DNA from: a virus
Lineage: Duplodnaviria; Caudoviricetes
Direction: 5' to 3' (one strand)
DNA: 64,000 bases
Virus record (IMG/VR): IMGVR_UViG_3300037067_006044
Coordinates: 1 to 64,000 of that record
Notes under the pieces: generated by a model
Seen by the model: the letters and a program-made list of their open reading frames with translations, nothing else
Told to the model about the DNA's origin: nothing
Databases searched by the model: none
Translations under genes and position numbers: made by a program
Part shown: piece by piece, positions 39,064 to 50,088 of the stretch
Layout: every line of letters starts with the position of its first letter
Numbering within the stretch: position 1 is the stretch's first letter

Positions 39064-39516
39064 CTAACTATACTGTTCAAAATAATCATCCAAAACCAGT
39101 TTTATTCCTTTTTTCTGTAATGAATTCGGAATAAACCATTTTGTACTTTTATCTTGAACTAATAATTTAGAACTTAAAACGTTTAAGTCCTTGTATTGTT
39201 TTATATTTTGACTTGCATTCGAATCCGCATTTTCTTCATGATTACAATTTAAGCAATGGAAGTCTTCTTGTGATTTTCTATTTTCTGGATATATATACCC
39301 GCATTTTGAACATCTTTGTGATGTATAATAACTCGGAATGATTGAAAGTTGTATATATTTTTTAGAGCATATAGAATGCAGATAGTTTTTTATGTTGTTT
39401 AATCTCATCAAAGAAGCAATTCTACTTGTTTTCATTCCATCAATCTTAAAGAATGATTTTTCTTTAAAATTTAAATCTTCAATTACAAGATGACCATAAC
39501 CTTCTTTTTTACATAT
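39064..39516 (-). pseudogene. tnpB: 5'-truncated TnpB (IS200/IS605 family) remnant
   Basis: Frame extends upstream of the tracked ATG to HLVIEDLN (RuvC-II); YTSQRCSKCG, FHCLNCNHEENADSNASQNI; RuvC-I and N-terminal lobe absent. Confidence 0.85.
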
Positions 39517-39625
39517 CCGAGTTTTCCGGTATAAGTATCACTTCTTAAATTAAATCCAACTTTGCATTTTGTTGGAATAAATAACTGATTATTACTCATT
39601 TTATAAATTATTAAAAATTAAATAT

Positions 39626-39814
39626 TTAAGTTTTTTCTTCGAAATCTATATTTTCATCTAAAATACAAGAATAATCTTTTGTTATTTTATAACTTGGTTC
39701 CTTAGAACAATGATCAGTATCTTTTGTATCATCTCTTAAAGCACTAAATTTATCTGTTTCTTCTTCTGTTCCTTTAATAAAATACACACACCATTTACAG
39801 ATTTTGTTAATCAT
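39626..39814 (-). CDS. Small Cys-rich hypothetical protein
   Basis: CKWC...C...C. Confidence 0.55.
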   Translation of the reverse strand: MINKICKWCVYFIKGTEEETDKFSALRDDTKDTDHCSKEPSYKITKDYSCILDENIDFEEKT

Positions 39815-39858
39815 AAATTCTTATTGTTTTAGTTATACATATATTTTATTTATAAATA

Positions 39859-40419
39859 TTAAGAATTATTATTTTTATATTCCTCTATCATTCTTCTTAC
39901 CTTTTGTCTAAAACCACCATCTAATATTTTCTCATAATGAAGCATATTTGCTAATTCATGAATTTTCCAACTTATTTCTCCATACTTGTCAATTAATTCA
40001 TTATATTCTTTTAATTCATCTAAAACAGTTTTATCTAATATTAGTTCTAATTGAATATTATCATCAAATAATTTCTTATTCAAACATTTTAATTCAAATA
40101 ATTCCTTTTCTGATGATTGTAATGCTTTATGATATTCCTCTAACCAAGTAATTAGAGATTGAGATGAACATTTATTTAAATCTGGTTTTCCTAACATAGA
40201 ATCTTCAAAATCAATTCTATCATATTCTGGCAATATTGTTTTACTTGTTTCTTCTGTTAAATTAGAAGTCCAAACTTCTGGTTGTTCGTTTCTTTTAAAC
40301 GAATCTAAAACTTCTTGATTTTCTAATTCATAATTATCAGGAATATTGTGAATTTTCAAATACCAATTGACAAAATCTATAACATTATTATCAGTCCAAT
40401 TAAATTCTTTATTTTCCAT
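39859..40419 (-). CDS. Hypothetical protein
   Basis: Long minus-strand operon. Confidence 0.7.
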   Translation of the reverse strand: MENKEFNWTDNNVIDFVNWYLKIHNIPDNYELENQEVLDSFKRNEQPEVWTSNLTEETSKTILPEYDRIDFEDSMLGKPDLNKCSSQSLITWLEEYHKALQSSEKELFELKCLNKKLFDDNIQLELILDKTVLDELKEYNELIDKYGEISWKIHELANMLHYEKILDGGFRQKVRRMIEEYKNNNS

Positions 40420-40577
40420 TTTTTGTTTTCTTTTTTGTTATTTCTTGATATGCAAATTTATTGTACATACCTAAATTGCATAATTCTTCAAATCTTTTTA
40501 CTTTTTTAGGATTGAAAATACAATAAAATCCGATAATTAATGCTTGTTTTATAGTTAATCCTTCTAAATTTGTTTTT

Positions 40578-40955
40578 TTATTTTCCATTTTTATTCATAT
40601 AAAAATTAATAAATTCTACAACTGAGTTATAAACAGCTTCAATTGGTTCTAATCCACCATTATTGTCATTAATAAAATTAATTGCTTTATCATATTTATT
40701 TCCAATATAGCAAATTCGACAAGTGGTAACAATAGAATAAGAAATTTCAACAATACAACCAGTATTATTTATTTTCTTAATAATTTCCATTAATAAATTC
40801 CAATTTTTATTTGGATTAAAATAATTAATATTTTCAAAATCAAATGCACTATCTTCATTACCAAATATTAAAGACAAATTATCTCTATAATGAAATTCAG
40901 TAACATCATAATTCATGAATTTTGCAATATTTTTATTATCTTCTATTATTGACAT
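40578..40955 (-). CDS. Hypothetical phage protein
   Basis: NKNIAKFM...NWNLLMEIIKKI...EAVYNSVVEFI pattern recalled from Bacteroidota phages. Confidence 0.7.
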   Translation of the reverse strand: MSIIEDNKNIAKFMNYDVTEFHYRDNLSLIFGNEDSAFDFENINYFNPNKNWNLLMEIIKKINNTGCIVEISYSIVTTCRICYIGNKYDKAINFINDNNGGLEPIEAVYNSVVEFINFYMNKNGK

Positions 40956-40959
40956 AATT

Positions 40960-41487
40960 TTATTTTTTAATTATTTCATTATAAATCTTATCAATTATTT
41001 CATTTATATCTCCACTCCAAATATATTCGTCTAATTCATTTTCTATTACTCCTGTTTTAGTATTATATTCTTTCAAGTAAGAATTAAGAATAGATTCTAA
41101 TTTTGTTTTAATGTGATTTGGTTTATAGAAATTATAAAATATATTTTCTTCATTATAATCTATTAATTGATTAGTTTTAGGATGTTTAAATTGTCCATTT
41201 ATTTTTCCATTGTTTATATGAGTTTTAGTTAGTTCATATAAATTTTCATTTTCTTTTAAATAATAACGAACATTTAATTCATTTGGAAATAATATACAAT
41301 AAGTAAGAATATTGTCCATCCAATTATATTCATTCCATTCATTGTAATGATTCTGAATGTTGTTAATATTTAAAATATGTTTGTCAGAATAATATTCTAA
41401 ATAATTGCAAATCTTTTTAAGATAATCAACATGAGTTAAATCATCAATTTTAAAATCGATATAATCAAATATTTCGGTTGTAGTCAT
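40960..41487 (-). CDS. Hypothetical protein
   Basis: Operon packing. Confidence 0.65.
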   Translation of the reverse strand: MTTTEIFDYIDFKIDDLTHVDYLKKICNYLEYYSDKHILNINNIQNHYNEWNEYNWMDNILTYCILFPNELNVRYYLKENENLYELTKTHINNGKINGQFKHPKTNQLIDYNEENIFYNFYKPNHIKTKLESILNSYLKEYNTKTGVIENELDEYIWSGDINEIIDKIYNEIIKK

Positions 41488-41777
41488 TATATTAAATTAA
41501 ATCTGTTTTTAATAATACTCATATATCCATTAATTAAAATATAAACAATATTTGCATGTTGTCCTTTTTCTTGTACTTCTCTATTATTATTAAAAGATGA
41601 TAGAAAAGATATTTCTTCTACAAAATCAATTATTGTTTGGTTATATTCTTTTTGTGTTTTAGATTTCTTTAACATTTCTTTTAAACGTAATTGTTCTGAT
41701 TTTGTTAAATCTTCTTCAGTTAATTCTAAGATTGAAGTTTTAAAATCTTCATTTGTTTCTTCTATATAATTTCTCAT
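41487..41777 (-). CDS. Hypothetical protein
   Basis: Stop/start overlap. Confidence 0.6.
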   Translation of the reverse strand: MRNYIEETNEDFKTSILELTEEDLTKSEQLRLKEMLKKSKTQKEYNQTIIDFVEEISFLSSFNNNREVQEKGQHANIVYILINGYMSIIKNRFNLI

Positions 41778-41812
41778 AATTAAAATATAAATTAAATTGT
41801 TAAACTTAAAAA

Positions 41813-42769
41813 TTATTTTCTTATATAATTTGGTAATTCATTAAATTCTAAACTTGGATTCATGTCTTGCAAATCCATACTTTCTTTAGGTGAATCTTGA
41901 TAATAACAAATATAATATTTTTTAGTAATGGTAGATTGAACAATTATTTCTTTATTAACTCCATGTCTCCATTCTCCTGTTAAATTAATTTCTATAATTT
42001 CAACACCATCGAATTCATCATTAATAATATTTAAAGCATATTTAGAAAATAAATGTTCTTCATCCATTTGTAATTCTTCAGCCAAATTAACAGCAGTTTC
42101 TAAAGTATAATCAACTCCAATAACTTTTTTATATTTATCAAGAATATTGATTGCTTCCTTTACTTCTTTTTGTTTTCTTAATTCTTGTTCTTTTTTAATT
42201 TGTTCATTATATTCTAATTGTTTTCTGTCAATAGCATATTTATCTATTTGTGATTTAAAAATTTCTAAATCTTTAATAGCTTGTTCATATCCATCATTAG
42301 TAATACAATTTCTATATAAATCTGTTAAATAACCAGAAGTGTGTGTTATTTCTTTCTTTTTATGAGAACGATTAGAAGGATATTCATATGTTGTATATGA
42401 TTCATAAATTCCGATTGATTCAAATAATTTGCAAACATGATTATAAATCTTTTTATTTATTTCTAAATTTGGTAGATTTGTCTTATGTAATTCTTCTACT
42501 TCATTTTTTAATTTATTATAATCGTTGGTTGCTAATTGCACAACTTTTTCAATAGAATTTTTACCATAACTATTATTATCTGTTTCATAATAACTTATAA
42601 ATCCTCTTCTACTTCCTGTTATTCTTAAACAATTTTGAATCTGTTGTATTTTAATTCCTTCCGGAATTAATGATGATTTCAATGAATTATATTCTTCTTT
42701 CATTTTTGTTAATGATTCTTGAATATATTCTATTCCTTGTTCAAATGCTTTATCTTTATAAAAAAACAT
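41813..42769 (-). CDS. Hypothetical protein
   Basis: 318 aa. Confidence 0.75.
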   Translation of the reverse strand: MFFYKDKAFEQGIEYIQESLTKMKEEYNSLKSSLIPEGIKIQQIQNCLRITGSRRGFISYYETDNNSYGKNSIEKVVQLATNDYNKLKNEVEELHKTNLPNLEINKKIYNHVCKLFESIGIYESYTTYEYPSNRSHKKKEITHTSGYLTDLYRNCITNDGYEQAIKDLEIFKSQIDKYAIDRKQLEYNEQIKKEQELRKQKEVKEAINILDKYKKVIGVDYTLETAVNLAEELQMDEEHLFSKYALNIINDEFDGVEIIEINLTGEWRHGVNKEIIVQSTITKKYYICYYQDSPKESMDLQDMNPSLEFNELPNYIRK

Positions 42770-42780
42770 AATTTTAAAAT

Positions 42781-43155
42781 TTAAGTAGTTAAAATAAAAG
42801 GTACAATCATATCTTGCTTCATTAATGAATTTATATCATTGTCTTTTTTCATAATAGTAAATAATTCATCTATATGAGGATATTTAAAAATTAATTTATT
42901 TTGATTAAACATATAAACTAATTCTTTAGCAGTTAAATTAATCATTTCTATAACTTCATCTTTAGATGTTTTTATATTTTTTATAACTTCAAAATCAACT
43001 ATTAATAAAAATTGATTATCTATTTCATATTTTTTATGAATAGCATGAATAATTGGATATCTATTAACAGATTTAAAATCTGTCAAATCTTCTGAATATG
43101 ATGATGTTAATAGTATTCTTTGGTCATCATTATAATAAAAATGTAATTTTTTCAT
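42781..43155 (-). CDS. Hypothetical protein
   Basis: Operon packing. Confidence 0.6.
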   Translation of the reverse strand: MKKLHFYYNDDQRILLTSSYSEDLTDFKSVNRYPIIHAIHKKYEIDNQFLLIVDFEVIKNIKTSKDEVIEMINLTAKELVYMFNQNKLIFKYPHIDELFTIMKKDNDINSLMKQDMIVPFILTT

Positions 43156-43174
43156 TTTTAATTAATTTAATTGT

Positions 43175-43501
43175 TTAAAATCCTTCTTTAACTTTTATAC
43201 ACATACTAAAATCGTCTAAAATATTTGATAATTCTTCATTATGAGATTCATAAAAATCTCTTAATTTATCTAACATATCAACAATAAATACAGAATTAAA
43301 CGAATATCTTAAATATTCTATATTAGATTTAATAATGTGATAATAACTTATTTCTAATACAGATTGTTTTAATTGAGTATCGAAATTATCATTATTTTTT
43401 GATATATCATTATACTCACTTTCAATTTCATTTATTTCACATTGAAACATAAAAATAATATGTTCCATTTTTTGTTTTAATTCTTTGGTTTCTAATTTCA
43501 T
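43175..43501 (-). CDS. Hypothetical protein
   Basis: Operon packing. Confidence 0.6.
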   Translation of the reverse strand: MKLETKELKQKMEHIIFMFQCEINEIESEYNDISKNNDNFDTQLKQSVLEISYYHIIKSNIEYLRYSFNSVFIVDMLDKLRDFYESHNEELSNILDDFSMCIKVKEGF

Positions 43502-43909
43502 ATTTAAATTTATTTTTTATTATATTCTTTTAAATTAATTTTTAATATCGTTTAATCATAACTGTTAAGAATAAAAAATAAATTATAATGTAAACACAAT
43601 CTATTTCTAATCCTAATAAAGCAACATCATTTTCTCCTTCAATATAAAATATTGCAAATCCAAATTTACTTATTTTTAATATTTTCATAGTTTTACTTTT
43701 TTATAAATAATTTAATAATTCCAAAACTATTATTTATGATAATTGATAATCCTAAAGACGAATATAAGAAAATAAATCCTAAATCATATTTATCAATTAA
43801 CATTAAAATAAACCCAAATATCAGTAATTAAGTCAGAATCTAATTTATTTATTCTATTTAATGATTTAGAAGATAAAAATATGAACATATTATTTTTTAT
43901 TTTGTTATT

Positions 43910-44386
43910 TTAAAAATTGTCGTTATCATGTCCACAATGTTTTGTTTTTCTAATTTCTAATTCTTCATCTGTCTCATATCTTAATCCTCTTAATTGATAT
44001 TCTCCATAATATACTTCAATTTTTGACCAACCATCATTTAAAAGTGTTTGATGTCTATTTTTTAAATGTTGAATTAATTCCTCTATTGTGCTATTTCTTT
44101 TAATTTTTTCAAATTGAGATGTAATTGGTTCTAATATTAGAATATTTTCTTTAAATAATTCGGAGTAATTATCAGAGCCAGAATTAAAATTTAATTGTAA
44201 ATATCCATGATCATTTATCATTTCAATATCAACAAAATCATTTAATTTTAAATTCATTTCTTTAAATATGTCTTTATCGAAATTTCTAACTTCAAATATT
44301 CTTTTTTCTTCATATATTAAACAATTCAAAGAAATAAAATTATCAGATATTTCAATTACTTTTGATTTTATATATTCTTTATTCAT
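43910..44386 (-). CDS. Hypothetical protein, possibly on a leaderless mRNA
   Basis: ATG only 4 nt from the -7 element of promoter 44391-44422. Confidence 0.65.
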   Translation of the reverse strand: MNKEYIKSKVIEISDNFISLNCLIYEEKRIFEVRNFDKDIFKEMNLKLNDFVDIEMINDHGYLQLNFNSGSDNYSELFKENILILEPITSQFEKIKRNSTIEELIQHLKNRHQTLLNDGWSKIEVYYGEYQLRGLRYETDEELEIRKTKHCGHDNDNF

Positions 44387-44422
44387 AATACAAATTTAAA
44401 CAAAATAAATTTAATAAACAAA

Positions 44423-44818
44423 TTAAATATCAGAAATGTTTGTAATTTCTGTTAATAAAGTTAATTTTAATTCTGCTGTTTCAAGTGCTAATTTATATCT
44501 AATAATTAAAGATTGAATTAAATCGATATATTCACCTGAACTTTTACATATAAATTCGGAAGGAATATTTCTTTCGTTTTTAGGTAATATTTGTTCTGTG
44601 TCTAAATCATTTATTTTAATTTCTTCATACCAATATTCAACTTCATCTACAGAATATCGTTCATTTATTTTAATTCCGTACCAATGTTTATCTTCAGAAA
44701 TCCATTTTAGATTTGTTCCTATTCCTAATATTGGAGCAGAAGTTGAAAGATTGACAAAATACCATTTATCTTTAGTTGGTAATCTTTCACTACATTTAAC
44801 TTGTTTTAAATATTTCAT
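44423..44818 (-). CDS. Hypothetical protein with DUF551-like start
   Basis: VKCSERLP...VEYW. Confidence 0.6.
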   Translation of the reverse strand: MKYLKQVKCSERLPTKDKWYFVNLSTSAPILGIGTNLKWISEDKHWYGIKINERYSVDEVEYWYEEIKINDLDTEQILPKNERNIPSEFICKSSGEYIDLIQSLIIRYKLALETAELKLTLLTEITNISDI

Positions 44819-44819
44819 T

Positions 44820-45074
44820 TTAATTTGTTGTTATTACTTTTGATAAATAATCTATACTAAAATCAATCATTTTATCATTATTATTTTCATCTATAAAATG
44901 AATTTTTCCAAATAAAATGTTATTAGTAATATCAATATTAAAAACATTTGTATTAAAAGATAATTCAGAACTTAATTTTTGTATTAGAATATTTTTAAAT
45001 TCTTCGATTTTACTATCAGAAACAAAGTATATAATTGTTTCTATTAATTTTCCTCTTAATGATTTATTTTCCAT
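44820..45074 (-). CDS. Hypothetical protein
   Basis: Operon packing. Confidence 0.55.
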   Translation of the reverse strand: MENKSLRGKLIETIIYFVSDSKIEEFKNILIQKLSSELSFNTNVFNIDITNNILFGKIHFIDENNNDKMIDFSIDYLSKVITTN

Positions 45075-45076
45075 TT

Positions 45077-45364
45077 TTATTTATTATTTTGTTCATTTAA
45101 ATATTCATTCCATTCTTCTCTTGTTAATAAATGAGTACCATTCATTATAATTTGATTTGGTAAATTAGCAGTAGAACAAATATTTGGATTATGGTTTGGC
45201 AATTCATCTGCTGTTCTTATTGTACTTTGTCCTAATGGTCTAAAAATAATAATATCTAAAACATTTTCGCATTCATAAACAATTCCTTCTTTAAAGACAT
45301 TATTTTTATCAATTCCTAATAATAGTTTTCTTTCATCTGGCAACACTACAAATCTTGTTTTCAT
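45077..45364 (-). CDS. Hypothetical protein
   Basis: Operon packing. Confidence 0.6.
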   Translation of the reverse strand: MKTRFVVLPDERKLLLGIDKNNVFKEGIVYECENVLDIIIFRPLGQSTIRTADELPNHNPNICSTANLPNQIIMNGTHLLTREEWNEYLNEQNNK

Positions 45365-45375
45365 AAATTATATTT

Positions 45376-47529
45376 TTAAAAGTTAAATAAATTTTTAGTT
45401 GTTTTATAATTGTTATTGAATTTTAATTTAAATTCGTCTGAATCTAATATTTCAATTCCTAAATCTATTGCTTTTTGTTCTTTACCACTCCCACTACCTT
45501 TATATTTTACAATTAGATATTTAACATTTTTTGATATTCCACTTTTAACTTCTCCTCCATTATCTATAATATATTTTTCCATTTCATCATCTCTAAATCC
45601 AGTAAATACAAATGATAACCCGGTTAAAGAACCTTGTTTAGGTTGGGAAATTGTTTGTGTTTTAATATTAATAAACTGTTCAATTTCTTTATAAAACAAA
45701 TTAAATTTATCAATGTTATTTAAATAATCATTAACTAATATATCAGATAATCCATTTATTTCAATTAATTCTTTTAATGATGGATTTTGATTTTTAGATT
45801 CTAATATGTAATCATTAATAAGTTTTAATTTCTTACTACCAGATTTCTTAAAACATCCTGAAGCATGTTGTAATGTACTTAAATCAACATCTTTTAATTT
45901 TTTGTGAATATTATTAAAAACTATTTCTGCTTTTCTATTTCCAAATCCTTCAAAAGTTTTTAATTTATTAATATCTAATTGTAATACTTTTAAAATAGAA
46001 TCATATCCTTCTTCATATAAAATTCTAAATGTACTTTCTTTTACTTCCTCTACTCCAATTGTATCAAAAAAAGAACTAATTACTTTTATTCTTTGTTCTT
46101 TACAATTATTATGATTAGTACAAACAAGATGAGTTTCATTTTCATCCCATTTTAATTTAGTATTACATGATGGACAATATTCTTTTAAAAAAGAATGATT
46201 TTTAATTTCTTCTTTTCTAATTTCAATTAATTTTTCGACTGCCAAATCATATTCTTTAGTAGAATTATATAAATGTTTAAAAGGAATTTTATGTCCATTA
46301 ACACTAATAATTTTAGGTATAACTTCTCCAGAACGAATAACTTCTATTTTAGTTCCTGGAAATAATCCAAACTGAAAAACATTATTATAATTATTTAAAG
46401 TACAATTTTCTATTTTTGCACCACCAATAAAAACGGGATTAATTTCTCCGACTGGTTGAATATTTCCTCTTTTTGAAACTTCATCTACAATATTATTTAA
46501 AACTGTTTCATAAGCTGTTTCAAAGTTTCCTTTATAAGCAAATGAAAAATTTGGATTTCCTTCTTTATGAATTCCTAATTTATTTCTTAAATCAACTGAA
46601 TTAATATCTATTACAATTCCATCACATTCATATTCAGAATTAAATTCATTATAAATATCATTTAACAATTCTTCTGTTAATTCTGATATTTTGTGTTTTT
46701 TATATTGAACTTTTACATTGTTTAATTCATTACAAATATCTAATTGTTTGTCTTTATTGTATATTTGTTTTCCTTCTAAATTAAAATGATTGTAACGAAT
46801 ATAATCACAAATAGTAATGTCTTTATTTACTTCATCTTTATTAATAAATCCAGATACAGTATTTCTTGCTGCCTTAGGAATATCAATTTTAGAATTTAAT
46901 TTTTGTTCTTGTAATTTTCTTTCTTGATATTGTTTAAAATTTGATTTAGAAATAATAACTTCTCCCGAAGTATAACAATGGGATTCTGATAATTTATTAT
47001 TTGATTTTTCAATTGTATTTAAATGTTCTGTAGAATTTCTACCATAATCAGAATCCCCTCTTGTCCATGATTTTAAACTTGTTTCATTTCTGAGTTGGGA
47101 TAATCCATCATATTTAGGAGATAAAACTACATCAGTAGAAGTTGGAATATTATGTCTTTTACACCAATTAAGAATATCATTTATAGATTTGAATTTATCT
47201 AATGATCCCATTATAATTGGAAGTTTTTCTTTTCTACTATCTTTATCACTTACATTATATCCAATTTGGAAAAATGAATCATTTGGTTTAAAATCTTTTA
47301 ATAATTCATAAACTACATCATATTCTTTATCAGTTACAATACTTTCTCCTGTTCTATATGAAATATTCCATTCTGTAAGATATGTTTTTAATTCATCTAA
47401 AAATTTATTCCATTCTTCTTTAGATGGGAGATTATTTATTTTATATGAATTTGTTAATTGATTAATTATAATATCTAAATTATAATTACAATCTTTTATA
47501 AGTTTTAATAATATTTCTTGTGAATTCAT
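45376..47529 (-). CDS. ligA: NAD-dependent DNA ligase
   Basis: MGSLDK, KYDG adenylation motif, TRGD, DGIV, RSGEVIPKI, Cys4 Zn finger, HhH, BRCT (FVFTGFRD); ends KNLFNF. Confidence 0.95.
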   Translation of the reverse strand: MNSQEILLKLIKDCNYNLDIIINQLTNSYKINNLPSKEEWNKFLDELKTYLTEWNISYRTGESIVTDKEYDVVYELLKDFKPNDSFFQIGYNVSDKDSRKEKLPIIMGSLDKFKSINDILNWCKRHNIPTSTDVVLSPKYDGLSQLRNETSLKSWTRGDSDYGRNSTEHLNTIEKSNNKLSESHCYTSGEVIISKSNFKQYQERKLQEQKLNSKIDIPKAARNTVSGFINKDEVNKDITICDYIRYNHFNLEGKQIYNKDKQLDICNELNNVKVQYKKHKISELTEELLNDIYNEFNSEYECDGIVIDINSVDLRNKLGIHKEGNPNFSFAYKGNFETAYETVLNNIVDEVSKRGNIQPVGEINPVFIGGAKIENCTLNNYNNVFQFGLFPGTKIEVIRSGEVIPKIISVNGHKIPFKHLYNSTKEYDLAVEKLIEIRKEEIKNHSFLKEYCPSCNTKLKWDENETHLVCTNHNNCKEQRIKVISSFFDTIGVEEVKESTFRILYEEGYDSILKVLQLDINKLKTFEGFGNRKAEIVFNNIHKKLKDVDLSTLQHASGCFKKSGSKKLKLINDYILESKNQNPSLKELIEINGLSDILVNDYLNNIDKFNLFYKEIEQFINIKTQTISQPKQGSLTGLSFVFTGFRDDEMEKYIIDNGGEVKSGISKNVKYLIVKYKGSGSGKEQKAIDLGIEILDSDEFKLKFNNNYKTTKNLFNF

Positions 47530-47715
47530 AAATTAAGTTTTAATTATATTTATCTATTCCATATTTTTCTACAAATTTAATATGAGACAATTTCTTTAAT
47601 TCTATGTCTTTATATAATCTATAAATTAAATATACTTTTGTCTTTAATATGTGAATTTTAATAATGTCCATTTTATTATTTTTACAAAGTTAATAATAAA
47701 TTTTAAATAAACAAA

Positions 47716-48117
47716 TTATTTATCCAATTTATTTTTTAAAATATCAATACATTTAATTATTCCTGCTTCTTCAGCATCTTCTGTTGTTTCAAATCCTTGT
47801 ACTTTTTCTCCCAATTTATTCATTTGATCTTTATCATAATCTATTCCGTTATGAATATTATTTTCATCAAATACACCAATTATATAAACGAATCCTAATA
47901 GTTTGCGTTTATAATAACTGTTCGGCATAGTTGAAATATGAATATTATGAACATCTCTAAACCACTTAATTACTAATGATTGAGTAGGAGCAACATATTC
48001 AATATTTCCGTCTTCATGAAAATCATTTATATATAAACTATAATCTTTCCAATTAAATCCTAATTCCTGTAATTGCTTTGATATTTCATAATTGCTTATT
48101 TTTAATTCTTGCTCCAT
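47716..48117 (-). CDS. Hypothetical phage protein
   Basis: APTQSLVIKWFRDVHNIHI...EDAEEAGI pattern. Confidence 0.7.
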   Translation of the reverse strand: MEQELKISNYEISKQLQELGFNWKDYSLYINDFHEDGNIEYVAPTQSLVIKWFRDVHNIHISTMPNSYYKRKLLGFVYIIGVFDENNIHNGIDYDKDQMNKLGEKVQGFETTEDAEEAGIIKCIDILKNKLDK

Positions 48118-48119
48118 AA

Positions 48120-48680
48120 TTATTTTAAATTATTAATTAATATTTCTTTTATTTGATTATAACTAATTGGAAAATATTCGTGATTATTAACACCAACATC
48201 TAACTGATAGTTTTGTTTATATGAATTATTTCCGTGACAATGACCATGTAAATTCCAACTTTTATAATGGTTTTTATTCCATTCTGTTAAAGGATAATGA
48301 CAAAGAGTTATTAGTTGATAATATTCTTCCCCTTTATCATTTTTATCCAATACACTTATTTCTAAATAATTTCCAATAAATTCAAAATATTTAGATAAAT
48401 AGTTTTTATAATCTTTTTCATTATCATGATTTCCGAATATCAAATATTTTTTACCATTTAATCTCTGAAGTATTTCTTCTATTTTGGTTCTATTTGCAAA
48501 TGCTAAATCTCCTAAATGAAATATTATATCATTTTTACCAATCACTAAATTCCAATTATGAATTATTTGTTCATTCATATTTTCAACATCTAAAAACGGT
48601 CTATTATCATATTTCATAATATTGGAATGATAGAAATGAGTATCGGATGTGAAAAACATATTTTGAGTTTGTATTTTCAT
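48120..48680 (-). CDS. Calcineurin-like metallophosphoesterase
   Basis: SDTHFYH, HLGD, GNHD, LCHYP, LHGHCH, DVGV. Confidence 0.92.
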   Translation of the reverse strand: MKIQTQNMFFTSDTHFYHSNIMKYDNRPFLDVENMNEQIIHNWNLVIGKNDIIFHLGDLAFANRTKIEEILQRLNGKKYLIFGNHDNEKDYKNYLSKYFEFIGNYLEISVLDKNDKGEEYYQLITLCHYPLTEWNKNHYKSWNLHGHCHGNNSYKQNYQLDVGVNNHEYFPISYNQIKEILINNLK

Positions 48681-48868
48681 TATTCCTTATTTCTTAATAA
48701 ATTAAAGTATTTAAATACATTTTTCAATAAATTTTTAATAGATTTATTCTTCAATATATTTTCTAAATCTTCAATTCGTCCATCAATATTTTCAGGAGTC
48801 ATTTGTTCTGGAAAAGTTTGAAATTGCTTTAACATGTAAATTCTTTCTTTAATCTGTTCTTTTGTCAT
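48680..48868 (-). CDS. Hypothetical protein
   Basis: Stop/start overlap. Confidence 0.55.
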   Translation of the reverse strand: MTKEQIKERIYMLKQFQTFPEQMTPENIDGRIEDLENILKNKSIKNLLKNVFKYFNLLRNKE

Positions 48869-48985
48869 ATTTTTATTTTTATAATAATTTGTTTAAAAAG
48901 TGTAAATTGAATTTCATATAAAATACAATATATCAAATCTTTACTTAGAAAAAACCAACGACATATGTATATATAAAATATAAAT

Positions 48986-49762
48986 TTATAAAAACGTCTC
49001 ATTTTTCATGTTTATTTTCTCATCTTTACATTTAAGAATATTGTCTTCTGATTCAAATATACCATAATTTTCAATCATTTCAATTAATTCTTTTAAATAT
49101 AAATTAAGATGATAAATATCAGTAGAAGATAATTGTTTTCTATTTATAAAATATGATAGTTGATAATGATTTTCAAGCAATGTTTTCTTTTCATAAATTT
49201 CAATATCATACTTAACAAGAGAAATATTCTGAGCTATGTAGAATGCTAATACTTTCCAAATATCGACATCTTTCATATTTCTTTGATTAAATTCTTTTAT
49301 AGAAGCGAAATCAATCTGTTTTAAAGCATCTAATTTCAAATAAAAATCATGACAACTATTAAGAATTGGTTTAACTATTGTTCTATAATGACTTCTACTC
49401 AACATTGCAAGAATAGTTCTAACTGTTTTATAAATAGCTAATAATTTGCTTCTTTTAACCATCCCTTTAATTGGTAATTCATATTTCTGTTTATCTAAAT
49501 GATTTTTATAAGTGATAAATAAACTATTGTTTAATGAATCAATCCAAGATTTAGGGTAAATAGTATCAGAAATATAACCATTTTCTATAACAATAAGATT
49601 AGAATTCCAATTAAAATTATATTCCGTTTCTATTTGTTTTAAATATTGTTTTCTTTCTTCTTGAGTAGAAGACATTTGTTCTTTAGATATTTCAATTAAA
49701 ACATCTAAATCTAATGAATCTTCTGAACCATAGAAGAAATATTTAAAAGGAAAATTATTCAT
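48986..49762 (-). CDS. Putative nucleotidyltransferase-fold protein
   Basis: N-terminal FFYGSEDSLDLDVL resembles the Pol-beta GS...DxD motif with short spacing. Confidence 0.5.
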   Translation of the reverse strand: MNNFPFKYFFYGSEDSLDLDVLIEISKEQMSSTQEERKQYLKQIETEYNFNWNSNLIVIENGYISDTIYPKSWIDSLNNSLFITYKNHLDKQKYELPIKGMVKRSKLLAIYKTVRTILAMLSRSHYRTIVKPILNSCHDFYLKLDALKQIDFASIKEFNQRNMKDVDIWKVLAFYIAQNISLVKYDIEIYEKKTLLENHYQLSYFINRKQLSSTDIYHLNLYLKELIEMIENYGIFESEDNILKCKDEKINMKNETFL

Positions 49763-49764
49763 AA

Positions 49765-49983
49765 TTAATCACTTCCTCTATTTATATGAGTAAATCCAAA
49801 TTTAATTTCGTGTATTTCTGGTTCTGTATTTAATATCTTTTCTTTATCATGTTCCGACAAATAATCATTTTCTAATAATGTTAATCTTGCAGATGTTGGA
49901 TTAGTTGAAATTATTAAACAATTTCCTTCTCCATAACTACCATTTTTAACATCATTCCAAATAAAAATAAATAAATTTTCCAT
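49765..49983 (-). CDS. Hypothetical protein
   Basis: After promoter 50017-50048. Confidence 0.6.
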   Translation of the reverse strand: MENLFIFIWNDVKNGSYGEGNCLIISTNPTSARLTLLENDYLSEHDKEKILNTEPEIHEIKFGFTHINRGSD

Positions 49984-50088
49984 TGTTTTATTTTATTTAT
50001 AATTAATTTTATTTTACAAATATAATATTAATATTCTTAATAAACAAATAATTTTTAAATTATTTTATATTTATATTAAAAATAAAAT

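Noticed and set aside
44820-45074. Faint similarity to a tail sheath C-terminal segment
   Set aside because: Too short and too weak to support
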